64,000 nucleotides of DNA from NCBI GenBank assembly GCA_044508635.1, contig JBIQHI010000004.1, positions 5,476 to 69,475 of the forward strand. The letters are read 5' to 3'. A program made the position numbers and the translations under genes. The notes under the pieces were generated by a model that saw nothing but the letters and a program-made list of their open reading frames with translations, was not told the origin of the DNA and searched no databases. Each line of letters begins with the position of its first letter. Position 1 is the first letter of the stretch. Source of the stretch: Planctomycetaceae bacterium (GTDB taxonomy: Bacteria > Planctomycetota > Phycisphaerae > Phycisphaerales > SM1A02). Positions 38,022 through 47,493 of the stretch are shown here, in pieces.

Positions 38022-38926
38022 TTCATTGCCACTCCTGTGTAACGGTTGAAGTGGATGCGGTCGGCGCGCGTGGAGATGTAGCCGTTTGGTCCAATCAAAT
38101 CCTGCACATAACGCTGCGCATCAAAGCCGCTTTCCCCCCACGGTCCCTGCGCCAGCGAACGTGCTTCATCGTCATCGAACACCGCGACAAACGGCGCAAT
38201 AGTCACCATCACCTCGTCTGTCTCTCTTGTCTGGCGAAATAAGAGACTGGCTGGTCCTGAAGGGAACGACGTGCCGCTGTACGTGAACGTCGCTCCACGA
38301 ATCTGCTGGACAAAGTCGTTGTTGAAATCAACGAAAATAAAATGGGAATCAGTTTGTGCATTGCGGGTAGTTGTTGTCCCGTCCGGGGCAAACATCACGC
38401 CGATCAAACCGCCGAATGGATCACCAGCATCAGTCTCTTGATGAATCCGCGGCAAATGTGGCTGGGTAATCCATGGCCAAGTATCGGGATTCGAAGGGTT
38501 CGCGACGGCCAATTCGTCCGCACCTGTCTGATACCCCGGAGCCGCTACTTTGATGCCACGTGGTAGTCGACGTGGGACAATACCGTTAACCGGCACAAAG
38601 CGATCAACCATTGCATGGCCGCCGACGCTAAAATAATTTGGAATTATCGCCGTCTGCCCGGACCACTCCGCCAGCACGGCTTCGACGAACATTTCGTTCG
38701 GTCCGTCGAAGCGCGGGCGGTAGACGACGAGCACGATCTTGTTTTCCTTCATCGCCAGCGCGCGGGCGTTGTCGAGCGACGCCATCACCGCGTTCACACC
38801 GGACGCCTGCCGCGTGTTGCGCGACACCTGGCGCACGGCGACGAGCGTGAGCGAGGCGATCACCACGATGATGCCCATCGCCACGACGAGTTCGACGAGG
38901 GTGAAGCTGCGCGTGCGCGTCGTCAT
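38018..38926 (-). CDS. prepilin-type pseudopilin (302 aa)
   Basis: MTTRTRS/FTLVELVVAMGIIVVIASLTLVAV. A 4-nt overlap joins it to the upstream gene. Confidence 0.85.
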   Translation of the reverse strand: MTTRTRSFTLVELVVAMGIIVVIASLTLVAVRQVSRNTRQASGVNAVMASLDNARALAMKENKIVLVVYRPRFDGPNEMFVEAVLAEWSGQTAIIPNYFSVGGHAMVDRFVPVNGIVPRRLPRGIKVAAPGYQTGADELAVANPSNPDTWPWITQPHLPRIHQETDAGDPFGGLIGVMFAPDGTTTTRNAQTDSHFIFVDFNNDFVQQIRGATFTYSGTSFPSGPASLLFRQTRETDEVMVTIAPFVAVFDDDEARSLAQGPWGESGFDAQRYVQDLIGPNGYISTRADRIHFNRYTGVAMK

Positions 38927-39804
38927 GGCCGGATCACCTCGTAGGAATAGAGGTTGTCGAGCGACTGCTGATAAAGCTCGTCATCGAACGGCGCGGAAAC
39001 GTTGCCGAACTTCCCGTCAGGGCCGGCGGAAAGGAAGCAGATCTTGCGGTTGCGGCACATGCCGTAGAACTCTTCGAGGCCGGTGAAGGGCGCGGTGTCG
39101 TTGAGGAACACGGTGCCATCGTCTTCCTTCACGGGCCCCGTCGGGTTGTTGCCAACTTTCGTCCAAGCCGGCCAGGCGCTGGCGACGGTGGGTTCGGGGT
39201 CGTTGATGGCGGGCAGCAGCGAGCCGCGCTTGCGGCCGGGGTGGATCATGCGAATCGGCGTGCCCCACGCGTCGAGGATGACGAGCACATCGCTGCCGGG
39301 AAAAGCCGCCTGCAGGTTGCCGAAGTTCGCGGTCGTCCACGCGCCGGCGTTGGGGTCGGGATCATCGGCGTCGGCTCGCATCCAGCCGGGCGTTCCGGAG
39401 CCGCCGGTGTCGTAGCGTGCGATCTGATCTTCCGGAATCTGCGCCAGCATCGTCTTCACCGCGGGCGTGCGGCCGATGACGCACAGAAGCTGCGTCACGT
39501 ACGACATGTGCGGCGTGTTCATCTGAATGTCGTAGCTGATGTTGGCGGCGGAGCCGGTGAGATTGACGACGCCGTTCACGCCGAGCGTGATCTCGCGATC
39601 CTCGGCGATCGTCCATTCATCGAGCGCGGACTGCAGCAGGTGCAGCGTGGTTTCCGTTTGCTGAATTTCGCTGCGCGCCACGAGCGACGTGCTGACCGTC
39701 ACGGTGATGGCGACGAGTAGAATGATGACGCCGATGACGACGACCAGCTCGACGAGCGTGAAACCGGGGCGAACGCTGGCGTTGGAAAGTCGGGCGCGCA
39801 TCAT
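38923..39804 (-). CDS. GspG-like pseudopilin (293 aa)
   Basis: The cleavage site is canonical, VRPG/FTLVELVVVIGVIILLVAI. The C-terminal FLSAGPDGKFGN resembles the GspG SxGxDG motif. A 4-nt overlap joins it to the upstream gene. Confidence 0.85.
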   Translation of the reverse strand: MMRARLSNASVRPGFTLVELVVVIGVIILLVAITVTVSTSLVARSEIQQTETTLHLLQSALDEWTIAEDREITLGVNGVVNLTGSAANISYDIQMNTPHMSYVTQLLCVIGRTPAVKTMLAQIPEDQIARYDTGGSGTPGWMRADADDPDPNAGAWTTANFGNLQAAFPGSDVLVILDAWGTPIRMIHPGRKRGSLLPAINDPEPTVASAWPAWTKVGNNPTGPVKEDDGTVFLNDTAPFTGLEEFYGMCRNRKICFLSAGPDGKFGNVSAPFDDELYQQSLDNLYSYEVIRP

Positions 39805-40841
39805 CGGCCAAGCTCCACGATGTTGTCGCGATTGGCGAAATCGGTGTCGATGCCGCCCACGCTGGGGTCGTCATAGCGCACCTTGCGGTTGGCGGTGCGA
39901 TCCGGGCCGTAGCTGAAGAGCGCGAACTCGGCGGCGTTGAGCGCGGCGGTGGTGGCGGTGTCGTTCGCGCGATCGGGAATGCCGGACACGTCTTCGCCCG
40001 GCGGGATGTTGAACTTGCGCAGCACAAAGATGTCGCTCAACGACGGCTTGCGATCGATGTCGCCGTCGCCATCGCGATCAACCGCCGCGAAGCCCGTGCG
40101 AATGCCGCCGATGGGATACGGCAGGCGGTAATACTCGATCGGCCGGCCCCAGTAATCGACGATCACCTTTGGATCGGCTTCGTCGTAGCCCGCTTCACCC
40201 GGGAAAAAGATGTTGAGCATGCCCGTGTTTGGATTCACCGAGCCGTCGATGGACGCGAGCAGGTTGGGGTCATCGAGTTCGAGGTACGGGCCGAAGACGT
40301 TGCCGGAGGTGTCGGGCTTGCGGCGCGTGAGCGCTCCGGCTGGTCCGGGGAGGCCGTTGTCTTTCGACGCGCCCCACACGCCGTCGGATCCGGGATGGCG
40401 AATGCCGAAGGGCGGGTTTTCGGCAGCGTTGGCTGATTCGCTCCCGACCGCGACGCCATAGCCATCCTGGTTGCGGCTGCCGTAGCCCGTGAGGTACTCC
40501 GCCATCGAGGTGACGGAGTAGTAATCCTGAATGACGGTGGCGTAGCTCGGTGCATTCGGATCATGCGCGGGGAGGTTGAGAAGCCCGCGATCACGGTTGA
40601 GCACGGGCGGCAGGTAGCCGATGTCGTTGCGGAACGACACCAGCGCGCGAGACATGGCGGCCATGCGTGCGGACGTGTTCGCCATCTGGCTGCTGCGCGA
40701 CGCCGCGTTGAGCGCGACGATGAGAATGCTGAGCAGCAGGATGACGATCGCCACCACGACGAGCATCTCGACGACGGTGAAGCCGGCGCGGCGTGCCGCG
40801 CCGCTCCCCCGCTGTCTTTGATTGTCCGCACGATTCGACAT
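39801..40841 (-). CDS. GspG-like pseudopilin (346 aa)
   Basis: The cleavage site is canonical, RRAG/FTVVEMLVVVAIVILLLSILIVAL. This is the first pseudopilin after gspF, which is the major-pilin position. Confidence 0.85.
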   Translation of the reverse strand: MSNRADNQRQRGSGAARRAGFTVVEMLVVVAIVILLLSILIVALNAASRSSQMANTSARMAAMSRALVSFRNDIGYLPPVLNRDRGLLNLPAHDPNAPSYATVIQDYYSVTSMAEYLTGYGSRNQDGYGVAVGSESANAAENPPFGIRHPGSDGVWGASKDNGLPGPAGALTRRKPDTSGNVFGPYLELDDPNLLASIDGSVNPNTGMLNIFFPGEAGYDEADPKVIVDYWGRPIEYYRLPYPIGGIRTGFAAVDRDGDGDIDRKPSLSDIFVLRKFNIPPGEDVSGIPDRANDTATTAALNAAEFALFSYGPDRTANRKVRYDDPSVGGIDTDFANRDNIVELGR

Positions 40842-40902
40842 GCGTCACTCCTGGTCGTTCAGCGCCGCACAGCTGCGGCGGCGCTTCGTTGCCTCGATCG
40901 CG

Positions 40903-42198
40903 TCACTTCACCGAGCCGCTGACGGATTCGATCATCTTGACGAGCGGCATGAAGAGCGCGAGCACGATCGTGCCGATGATGCCGCCGAGCACGACGACCA
41001 TCAGAGGCTCGAGCAGCGCCACAAGGCTCTGCACCGCGACGTCCACTTCCTCGTCGTAGTTGTCCGCGATTTTGATGAGCATGGTGTCGAGGTCGCCGGT
41101 CTCTTCGCCGACGTCGATCATGTTGACGACGATGGGATCGCACACCTTCGATTCGCGCAGCGGCCCGGCGAAGCTTTCGCCCTCACGGATCGAGTCATGC
41201 ACTTTCGTGAGCGCCTTCTCGTACACGTAATTGCCCGACGTGTCGCGGGTGATCATGATCGCTTCGAGAATCGGCACGCCTGCTGAAATCAGCGTACCCA
41301 GCGTTCGCGTGAAGCGCGCAATGGAGGTTTTGCGCATGAGCGGGCCGACGAGCGGAATGCGCAATCGCACAATGTCCGTTACCGCCCTTCCGGGATTCGT
41401 CTTTCGTATCAACTTGAAGAAGATGAACAGCACAAAGGGCGAGGCGAGAATCACCACCCATCCCGGCACGACCTGATTCGGGCTTGCGGTGCCGGCCACC
41501 CAGTGGCTGGTGTTGATGAGCCAGAGCGTGATGCCGGGCAGCTCGATCTCGAAGTCGTTGAAGATTTCCTGGAACTTCGGGATGACGTAGTACATGATGC
41601 CCGTGACGATGAGCACGGCGACGGAGATCACCACGGTGGGATAGATCATCGCGCCCTTGATGCGCCGGCGCAGTCGCTGCGACTTCTCCATGAAGTTGGC
41701 GAGTCGCTGAAGGATGACGTCAAGCACGCCGCCGATTTCGCCGGCGTTCACCATTTTGCAATACAGGCGATCGAACGCCTTGGGATGCTTGGCGAACGCG
41801 TCGGAAAGCGTGGAACCGGCTTCGACGTCCTCGGCCACCTGCGAAAGGATCGCCTTCAGAAGGCCGGGCTTCTGCTGGTTCTCAAGAATCTGGATGGAGC
41901 GAAGGAGCGGCAAGCCGGCGTCCTGCAGCGTGGACATCTGCCGCGTGAAGTTCGTGAGCTTCTTGCGACCGACGCCGCCAATCGCCAGCGCGGACATGCC
42001 GCTGCGCTTCTTCTTTTTCTTCAGCGCCCCGGCGCCCCGCACCGCGGAACTGCCCTTCACCTTCTGCTCGCGCACGGAGGTGGGGAAGAAACCCTGGCTC
42101 TTGATGCGTTGCACGGCTTCTTCGCTGCTGCCGGCTTCGATCGTTCCCTTCTGCGGCTTGCCGGCTGAATTCAACGCTTCATAGGCATAGGTGGGCAT
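40903..42198 (-). CDS. gspF: type II secretion / type IV pilus platform protein (GspF/PilC family)
   Basis: 431 aa starting MPTYAYEALNSAGKPQKGTIEAGSSEEAVQRIKSQGFFP. It has two T2SSF repeats and 3 TM segments. Confidence 0.92.
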   Translation of the reverse strand: MPTYAYEALNSAGKPQKGTIEAGSSEEAVQRIKSQGFFPTSVREQKVKGSSAVRGAGALKKKKKRSGMSALAIGGVGRKKLTNFTRQMSTLQDAGLPLLRSIQILENQQKPGLLKAILSQVAEDVEAGSTLSDAFAKHPKAFDRLYCKMVNAGEIGGVLDVILQRLANFMEKSQRLRRRIKGAMIYPTVVISVAVLIVTGIMYYVIPKFQEIFNDFEIELPGITLWLINTSHWVAGTASPNQVVPGWVVILASPFVLFIFFKLIRKTNPGRAVTDIVRLRIPLVGPLMRKTSIARFTRTLGTLISAGVPILEAIMITRDTSGNYVYEKALTKVHDSIREGESFAGPLRESKVCDPIVVNMIDVGEETGDLDTMLIKIADNYDEEVDVAVQSLVALLEPLMVVVLGGIIGTIVLALFMPLVKMIESVSGSVK

Positions 42199-42254
42199 GG
42201 GTCACTCCATCTCAAAGCGTGCGTGTCATCATGGATCCGCTCACGCCGCCGTCT

Positions 42255-44033
42255 TTACTCTTCCTCGCTGATCGTCTCGCGAATGACTTCGTCGATCGTG
42301 GTCTGGCCTTCGAAAAGCGCGAGCAGGCCGCTCTCGCGCAGCGATCGCATGCCGCGCTTGCGGGCCTCGGCGCGCAGCAGGTTCGTGGAGGCGTGCTGCA
42401 TGACGAGCTCGCGCAGCGTGTCGTCGAGCTGCATGATTTCGAAGATGGCCATGCGGCCCTTGTACCCGCTGCCGTTGCACGTATCGCAGCCGCGGCCGCG
42501 GAACAGCGTGCGGCCTTCGATGTCGGAGCGCTTGAGCTGCAACTCCATCAACTGCTCATCTGTGGGCGCGAACGCTTCCTTGCAGTTGACGCAAATGCGC
42601 CGCACGAGCCGCTGCGCGATGATGGCTTCGATCGTCGCAGTGAGCAGGAAGTCATCCATGCCGAGATCGAGCAGACGCAGAATCGACGACGGCGCATCGT
42701 TGGTGTGCAATGTCGAAAACACAAGGTGGCCGGTGAGCGACGCCTGCACGGCGATCTGCGCGGTTTCGAGATCGCGGATTTCGCCGACGAGGATGATGTC
42801 CGGATCCTGGCGAAGGAACGATCGCAACAGCCGTGCGAATGTGAGTTGCTGCTCGGTGTTCACCTGGCACTGAATCAGGCCGTCGATGTCGTATTCGACG
42901 GGGTCTTCCGCGGTGAGAATCTTCGTGGTGGGCTCGTTGAGTTCGCTGAGCGCCGCATAGAGCGTGGTCGTCTTGCCGGAGCCTGTGGGACCGGTGACGA
43001 TCAGAATGCCGTTGGGCTTGTTGATGAGGTGGCGCATCTGCTCGAGCTCATCCGCGCGGAGGCCGATGCGATCGAGCGAAAGCTGTACGTTGGAGCGGTC
43101 GAGCACGCGCATCACGACCGACTCGCCGAACATCGTCGGCAGCACGGAAACGCGGAGATCGACCGGCGCGTTGCCCACGGTGAGTTCGATGCGGCCGTCC
43201 TGCGGCAGGCGGCGCTCCGCGATGTCGAGATTCGCCATGACCTTGATGCGCGAGACGATCGGCAGCGCGAGGTGCTTGGGCGGCGGGATCATTTCGTACA
43301 GCACGCCGTCGATGCGGTAGCGCATCTTGAATTCGTCTTCGAACGGCTCGAAGTGAATGTCCGACGCCTTGTCCTTGATCGCCTGCAGCAGCACGAGGTT
43401 GATGAGGCGAATGACCTTGTTGTCGCCCGCGGCTTGCGCGAGTTCTTCGAGGTCAATGGATTCGCCCCGGCCGCGCAAGCTGGCGAGAGAATCCGCTTCG
43501 TCCAGTTCGGAAATGACTTCCGCCATGGACGTCGCCTTGCCGCTGTATCGCTTCTGCAGCACCTTGTCGATCTGGTCCGCCGGCGCCACGACCGCTTCGA
43601 CGTTGAAGCCCATGAGCAGGCGGAGGTCGTCAACAGCCCGGAAGTTGTCCGGGCTTTTCATCGCGATCGTGATGGCACGTCGGCCGGCGTCGAAGGCGAT
43701 GGGCACGATCTGATAGGTCTGCGCCGTTTCCGCCGGAAGGGCGTCGATGGCTTCGTTCGAGATCTGCTCTTCCCGAATCTGCACCATGCGCATGCCGGCC
43801 TGGCCCGCGCGGGCTTCGAGGACATCAGCTTCGGTGATGTAGCCGAGGCTGACAAGGAGCTGGCCGATCGGTTCCTTGCGGGTCTTCTGAAGCTGAAGCG
43901 CCTCGTGAACCTGGTCGCGCGTCACCCTGCCGAGCTTGGTCAGGATGCGGCCGAGGCGCCGACCCTTCAGTTCCGAAGGATCAACGCCGCCTGCGCCCTT
44001 CACGCCCACCCCTTTGCCGGGATCTTTCGCCAT
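42255..44033 (-). CDS. gspE: GspE/PilB-family assembly ATPase (copy 1)
   Basis: 592 aa. N-terminal MshEN/T2SSE_N-like LGRILTKLGRVTRDQVHEALQLQ, Walker A GPTGSGKTT, Asp/His boxes, and the tetracysteine CVNC...CDTC. Confidence 0.92.
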   Translation of the reverse strand: MAKDPGKGVGVKGAGGVDPSELKGRRLGRILTKLGRVTRDQVHEALQLQKTRKEPIGQLLVSLGYITEADVLEARAGQAGMRMVQIREEQISNEAIDALPAETAQTYQIVPIAFDAGRRAITIAMKSPDNFRAVDDLRLLMGFNVEAVVAPADQIDKVLQKRYSGKATSMAEVISELDEADSLASLRGRGESIDLEELAQAAGDNKVIRLINLVLLQAIKDKASDIHFEPFEDEFKMRYRIDGVLYEMIPPPKHLALPIVSRIKVMANLDIAERRLPQDGRIELTVGNAPVDLRVSVLPTMFGESVVMRVLDRSNVQLSLDRIGLRADELEQMRHLINKPNGILIVTGPTGSGKTTTLYAALSELNEPTTKILTAEDPVEYDIDGLIQCQVNTEQQLTFARLLRSFLRQDPDIILVGEIRDLETAQIAVQASLTGHLVFSTLHTNDAPSSILRLLDLGMDDFLLTATIEAIIAQRLVRRICVNCKEAFAPTDEQLMELQLKRSDIEGRTLFRGRGCDTCNGSGYKGRMAIFEIMQLDDTLRELVMQHASTNLLRAEARKRGMRSLRESGLLALFEGQTTIDEVIRETISEEE

Positions 44034-44464
44034 GCCGTCGCCTCTCTGGCTCGCGGAAAGGAGCCGTCCAAATCACACTTGCGGATGCATCAACTGATGA
44101 GCATCTGACCCGTCACCTGCTCCCCCTTCAGCCCGGGCGCGTTGAGCGCCGCGGGCGAGTAACTCCGGTCCCCCTTCCCCCCGTACACCAATCGAGTGGC
44201 GTGAATTGATGCACAGTCGCGCTGGCGAGCTGTTAGACCATTCGCCAAACGATGACCGATCGGTTCCAATGACGCCAGCCGTTCTGTCCATTCCTAATGA
44301 TAGGACATCTGGTTTTTGTGATGGATAACGACCGATGATGTTTGGCACGGAGGCCCCGGCCCGACCCGCTGGCGTTGGCGTGTTTGGGTCCAAACGGGTT
44401 CGTAAGACTCCCTCTCTGGCGGTTCGGGCTGGTTTGGAACCGCGGCTTTGGGCGGTGCAAATGC

Positions 44465-45586
44465 TTACGCCACAGGGCCGTCCGCATCCTCATCCAGCTC
44501 GACGCGGCCAACCTTGCGGCCAGCCCGGTGGACCTTTTCGGTGAGCTCGCCGGGGTCCTTGCTCTTGTCAATCATTTCATCCGCGTTGATGAGTCCCTTG
44601 CTGTACAGCGACCACAAATGGTCGTCCAGCAACTGCATGCCGAACTTCCGACCGGTCTGGATGGCGGAGTCGATGCGGAAGGTCTTGTTCTCACGGATGA
44701 GGTTCGCGATGGCGGGCGTCACGACGAGGAACTCGTAAGCGGCCACTCGCCCGGGCTTGTCGGCCCTTGCCAGAAGCACCTGGCTCAAGACGCAGATGAG
44801 CGACACCGAGAGCTGCACGCGGACCTGGGCCTGCTGGTTGACGGGGAAGGCGTCGATGATTCGATTGATGGTGCCCGCGGCCCCGGTGGTGTGCAGCGTG
44901 GCGAACACGAGGTGGCCGGTTTCCGCCGCGCGGATCGCCGCTTCGATCGTCTCAAGGTCGCGCATTTCGCCGACGAGAATCACGTCGGGGTCGGCACGCA
45001 GCACGCGTCGCAGCGCTTCGGAGAAGCTTGGCACGTCCACGCCGACTTCGCGCTGATTGACGATCGACTTCTTGTGATAGTGGTAGTACTCGATCGGATC
45101 CTCGGCCGTCACGATGTGGCGATCGAGGTTGATGTTGATGTAGTCGATCATCGTGGCGAGCGACGTGGTCTTGCCGGAGCCCGTCGGGCCGGTGACGATG
45201 AAGAGACCGCGCGGCCGGCGGATCAGTTCCTTGCAGATCGGCGGCAGACCGATTTCCTCGAACGTGAGCAGCCGGTTGGGAATGAGACGCAAGACGATGG
45301 AGATGTCGCCGCGCTGGCGGAAGACGGCGACGCGGAAGCGAGCTTCGGTGCCGTAGGCGAAGCCGAAGTCGCAGCTTCCTTCTTCCTGCAGTTCCTGCTG
45401 GGCTCGTTCGGGGGTGATGGACTTCATGAGCGCCACGCAGTCATCCGAATCGAGCACCTTGGTGTCGAGGTTGCGCAGCGAACCGTTGAGACGAAGCGTG
45501 GGCTTGCGTCCGACACTGATGTGAAGGTCGGAAGCGCCCTGGCGGATGACGGTATCGAGAAGGCGGTCGATTTGGATCGTTGACAT
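44465..45586 (-). CDS. pilT: PilT-family retraction ATPase
   Basis: 373 aa starting MSTIQIDRLLDTVIRQGASDLHISVG. Walker A GPTGSGKTT is present, and the PilT signature context is PAIANLIRENK (AIxNLIRE). Confidence 0.92.
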   Translation of the reverse strand: MSTIQIDRLLDTVIRQGASDLHISVGRKPTLRLNGSLRNLDTKVLDSDDCVALMKSITPERAQQELQEEGSCDFGFAYGTEARFRVAVFRQRGDISIVLRLIPNRLLTFEEIGLPPICKELIRRPRGLFIVTGPTGSGKTTSLATMIDYININLDRHIVTAEDPIEYYHYHKKSIVNQREVGVDVPSFSEALRRVLRADPDVILVGEMRDLETIEAAIRAAETGHLVFATLHTTGAAGTINRIIDAFPVNQQAQVRVQLSVSLICVLSQVLLARADKPGRVAAYEFLVVTPAIANLIRENKTFRIDSAIQTGRKFGMQLLDDHLWSLYSKGLINADEMIDKSKDPGELTEKVHRAGRKVGRVELDEDADGPVA

Positions 45587-45641
45587 CGAAGGAATCCTGA
45601 CATCCGGGCCAGTTCAGGCGTGCCCGGCGACAATCATCATC

Positions 45642-47372
45642 TCAATCTGGAACAAGCACGGAAACATCCATCTGTGCGAACTTCGAAACTTCCTGCGGCG
45701 TGGTGTCGCCCCGCAGAATCTTGATCTTGCCGTCGAGCAGCAGGTTGCGCATGCCGCTGCGAAGGGCCGCGGCACGAATCTTGGACAGGGAAGCCCGCTC
45801 AAACGCAAGTTGCCGAATTTCAGAATTCATGCGCATCAGCTCGAAGATGGCCTTGCGGCCGCGATAGCCGATGTTGCCGCAATTGACGCAGCCGACGGGA
45901 TCGCAAATGTTGCCGCTGGCGATTTCGTCGTCGGTGATGCCGAGCAGGCGCATCACGCGCGGATCGTGCTCGGTCGCACGCTGCTTGCACCGCGGACAGA
46001 GGATGCGGATGAGACGCTGGGCCATGATCGCCTGGATCGAGCTGGCGACGAGGAACGGCTTGACGCCCATGTCGATCAAGCGCGTGATCGCCGAGGGCGC
46101 ATCGTTGGTGTGCAGCGTGGAGAACACGAGGTGACCGGTGAGCGCCGCCTGGATGGCGATTTCAGCGACTTCGCGATCGCGGATTTCGCCGATGAGCACG
46201 ATGTTCGGCGCCTGACGCAGCATGGCGCGGAGAATGGACGCGAACGTGAGGCCGATCGAATCGCGCACCTGGCACTGGTTGATGCCCGTGAAGTTGTATT
46301 CCACGGGGTCTTCCGCAGTGATGATCTTGCGGTCTGGCCGGTTGAGCACATCCAGCGCGGAGTAGAGCGTGGTGGTCTTGCCTGAACCGGTCGGGCCGGT
46401 GACGAGGAAGATGCCCGTGGGCCGGCGGATGATGCGGTTGAAGATTTCGAGGTTGTCGGGCTCGAAGCCGAGGTTGGCGAGACCGATCTTCACCGACTCC
46501 GGCCGCAGAATACGCAATACGATCGACTCGCCGTGATAGGCGGGACAAATGCTGACGCGGAAGTCGATGGGCTCTCCGTCCACCGGCAGCTTGATGCGGC
46601 CGTCCTGCGGCACGCGGCGCTCGGCGATGTTCACGCCCGCCATCAGTTTGAGACGCGCGAGAAGCGCGCCCTGCATGCGCTTCGGCAGGTTGTCGCGCAC
46701 GTGGCACACGCCGTCGATGCGGTAGCGCAGCATCACGCGGTCCGCCATGGGTTCCACGTGAATATCCGACGCGCGGCTGCGCACCGCTTCCGTGATCATG
46801 CGGTGCACGAGCCGGATGATGGGCGCATCTTCGCCGGCCGCAATATCCACCGACGCGTCGACGGAGCGGTCGACCGTGACGTCCACCGACTCGGTGACAA
46901 GCGACTGATCGGAGAACATGCGGACCGCGCCGCCGGCCCCGCCCGCGCCGCCATCGATCACCGCCTTGATCATGGATCTGGGCGCGATCGCCGTATCAAT
47001 CTCCGAGTTCAGGCGGAAGCGGAGCAGGTCGAGCAGCTCCAGATCCATGGGGTCATGGATGATGAGGCGCAGCCGGCCGTTGCGTTTGCTCAAAGGCAGC
47101 ACGAGGTGCTTGCGCGCGAGGTCCTCGGGGATGAGGGACATGTCGAGCTGCGAGCGCGCGTCGGGCGCGCCGAGGTCGATGTATTCAAGATCGAACTGCG
47201 CAGCGAGCGCCTTGGCCACGTCATCTTCCTTGACGAAGCCGGCTTCGATGAGCGCCTCGCCGATGCGCTTGCGCGAACTGGCCGCAAGAGCCATGGCTTG
47301 CTGGAGCTGCGGTTCGGTGACCTTGCCCCACTCGGAAAGAATTTCGCCAAGTTTCTTGCGCTTTCGAGCCAT
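45642..47372 (-). CDS. GspE/PilB-family assembly ATPase (copy 2)
   Basis: 576 aa. N-terminal LGEILSEWGKVTEPQLQQAMALAA, Walker A GPTGSGKTT, and the tetracysteine CPRC...CVNC. Confidence 0.92.
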   Translation of the reverse strand: MARKRKKLGEILSEWGKVTEPQLQQAMALAASSRKRIGEALIEAGFVKEDDVAKALAAQFDLEYIDLGAPDARSQLDMSLIPEDLARKHLVLPLSKRNGRLRLIIHDPMDLELLDLLRFRLNSEIDTAIAPRSMIKAVIDGGAGGAGGAVRMFSDQSLVTESVDVTVDRSVDASVDIAAGEDAPIIRLVHRMITEAVRSRASDIHVEPMADRVMLRYRIDGVCHVRDNLPKRMQGALLARLKLMAGVNIAERRVPQDGRIKLPVDGEPIDFRVSICPAYHGESIVLRILRPESVKIGLANLGFEPDNLEIFNRIIRRPTGIFLVTGPTGSGKTTTLYSALDVLNRPDRKIITAEDPVEYNFTGINQCQVRDSIGLTFASILRAMLRQAPNIVLIGEIRDREVAEIAIQAALTGHLVFSTLHTNDAPSAITRLIDMGVKPFLVASSIQAIMAQRLIRILCPRCKQRATEHDPRVMRLLGITDDEIASGNICDPVGCVNCGNIGYRGRKAIFELMRMNSEIRQLAFERASLSKIRAAALRSGMRNLLLDGKIKILRGDTTPQEVSKFAQMDVSVLVPD

Positions 47373-47493
47373 GTCTCCATCCTGCGCGCGACCGGGCGGC
47401 GCTGACGCCCTGCTTCAAGTGAAGCCGAACACGGTAGTATTGACCGGCAGGCGAGAAGCCGCAACCGGAGCGCCGAAGGTCGGCAAAGGCACC

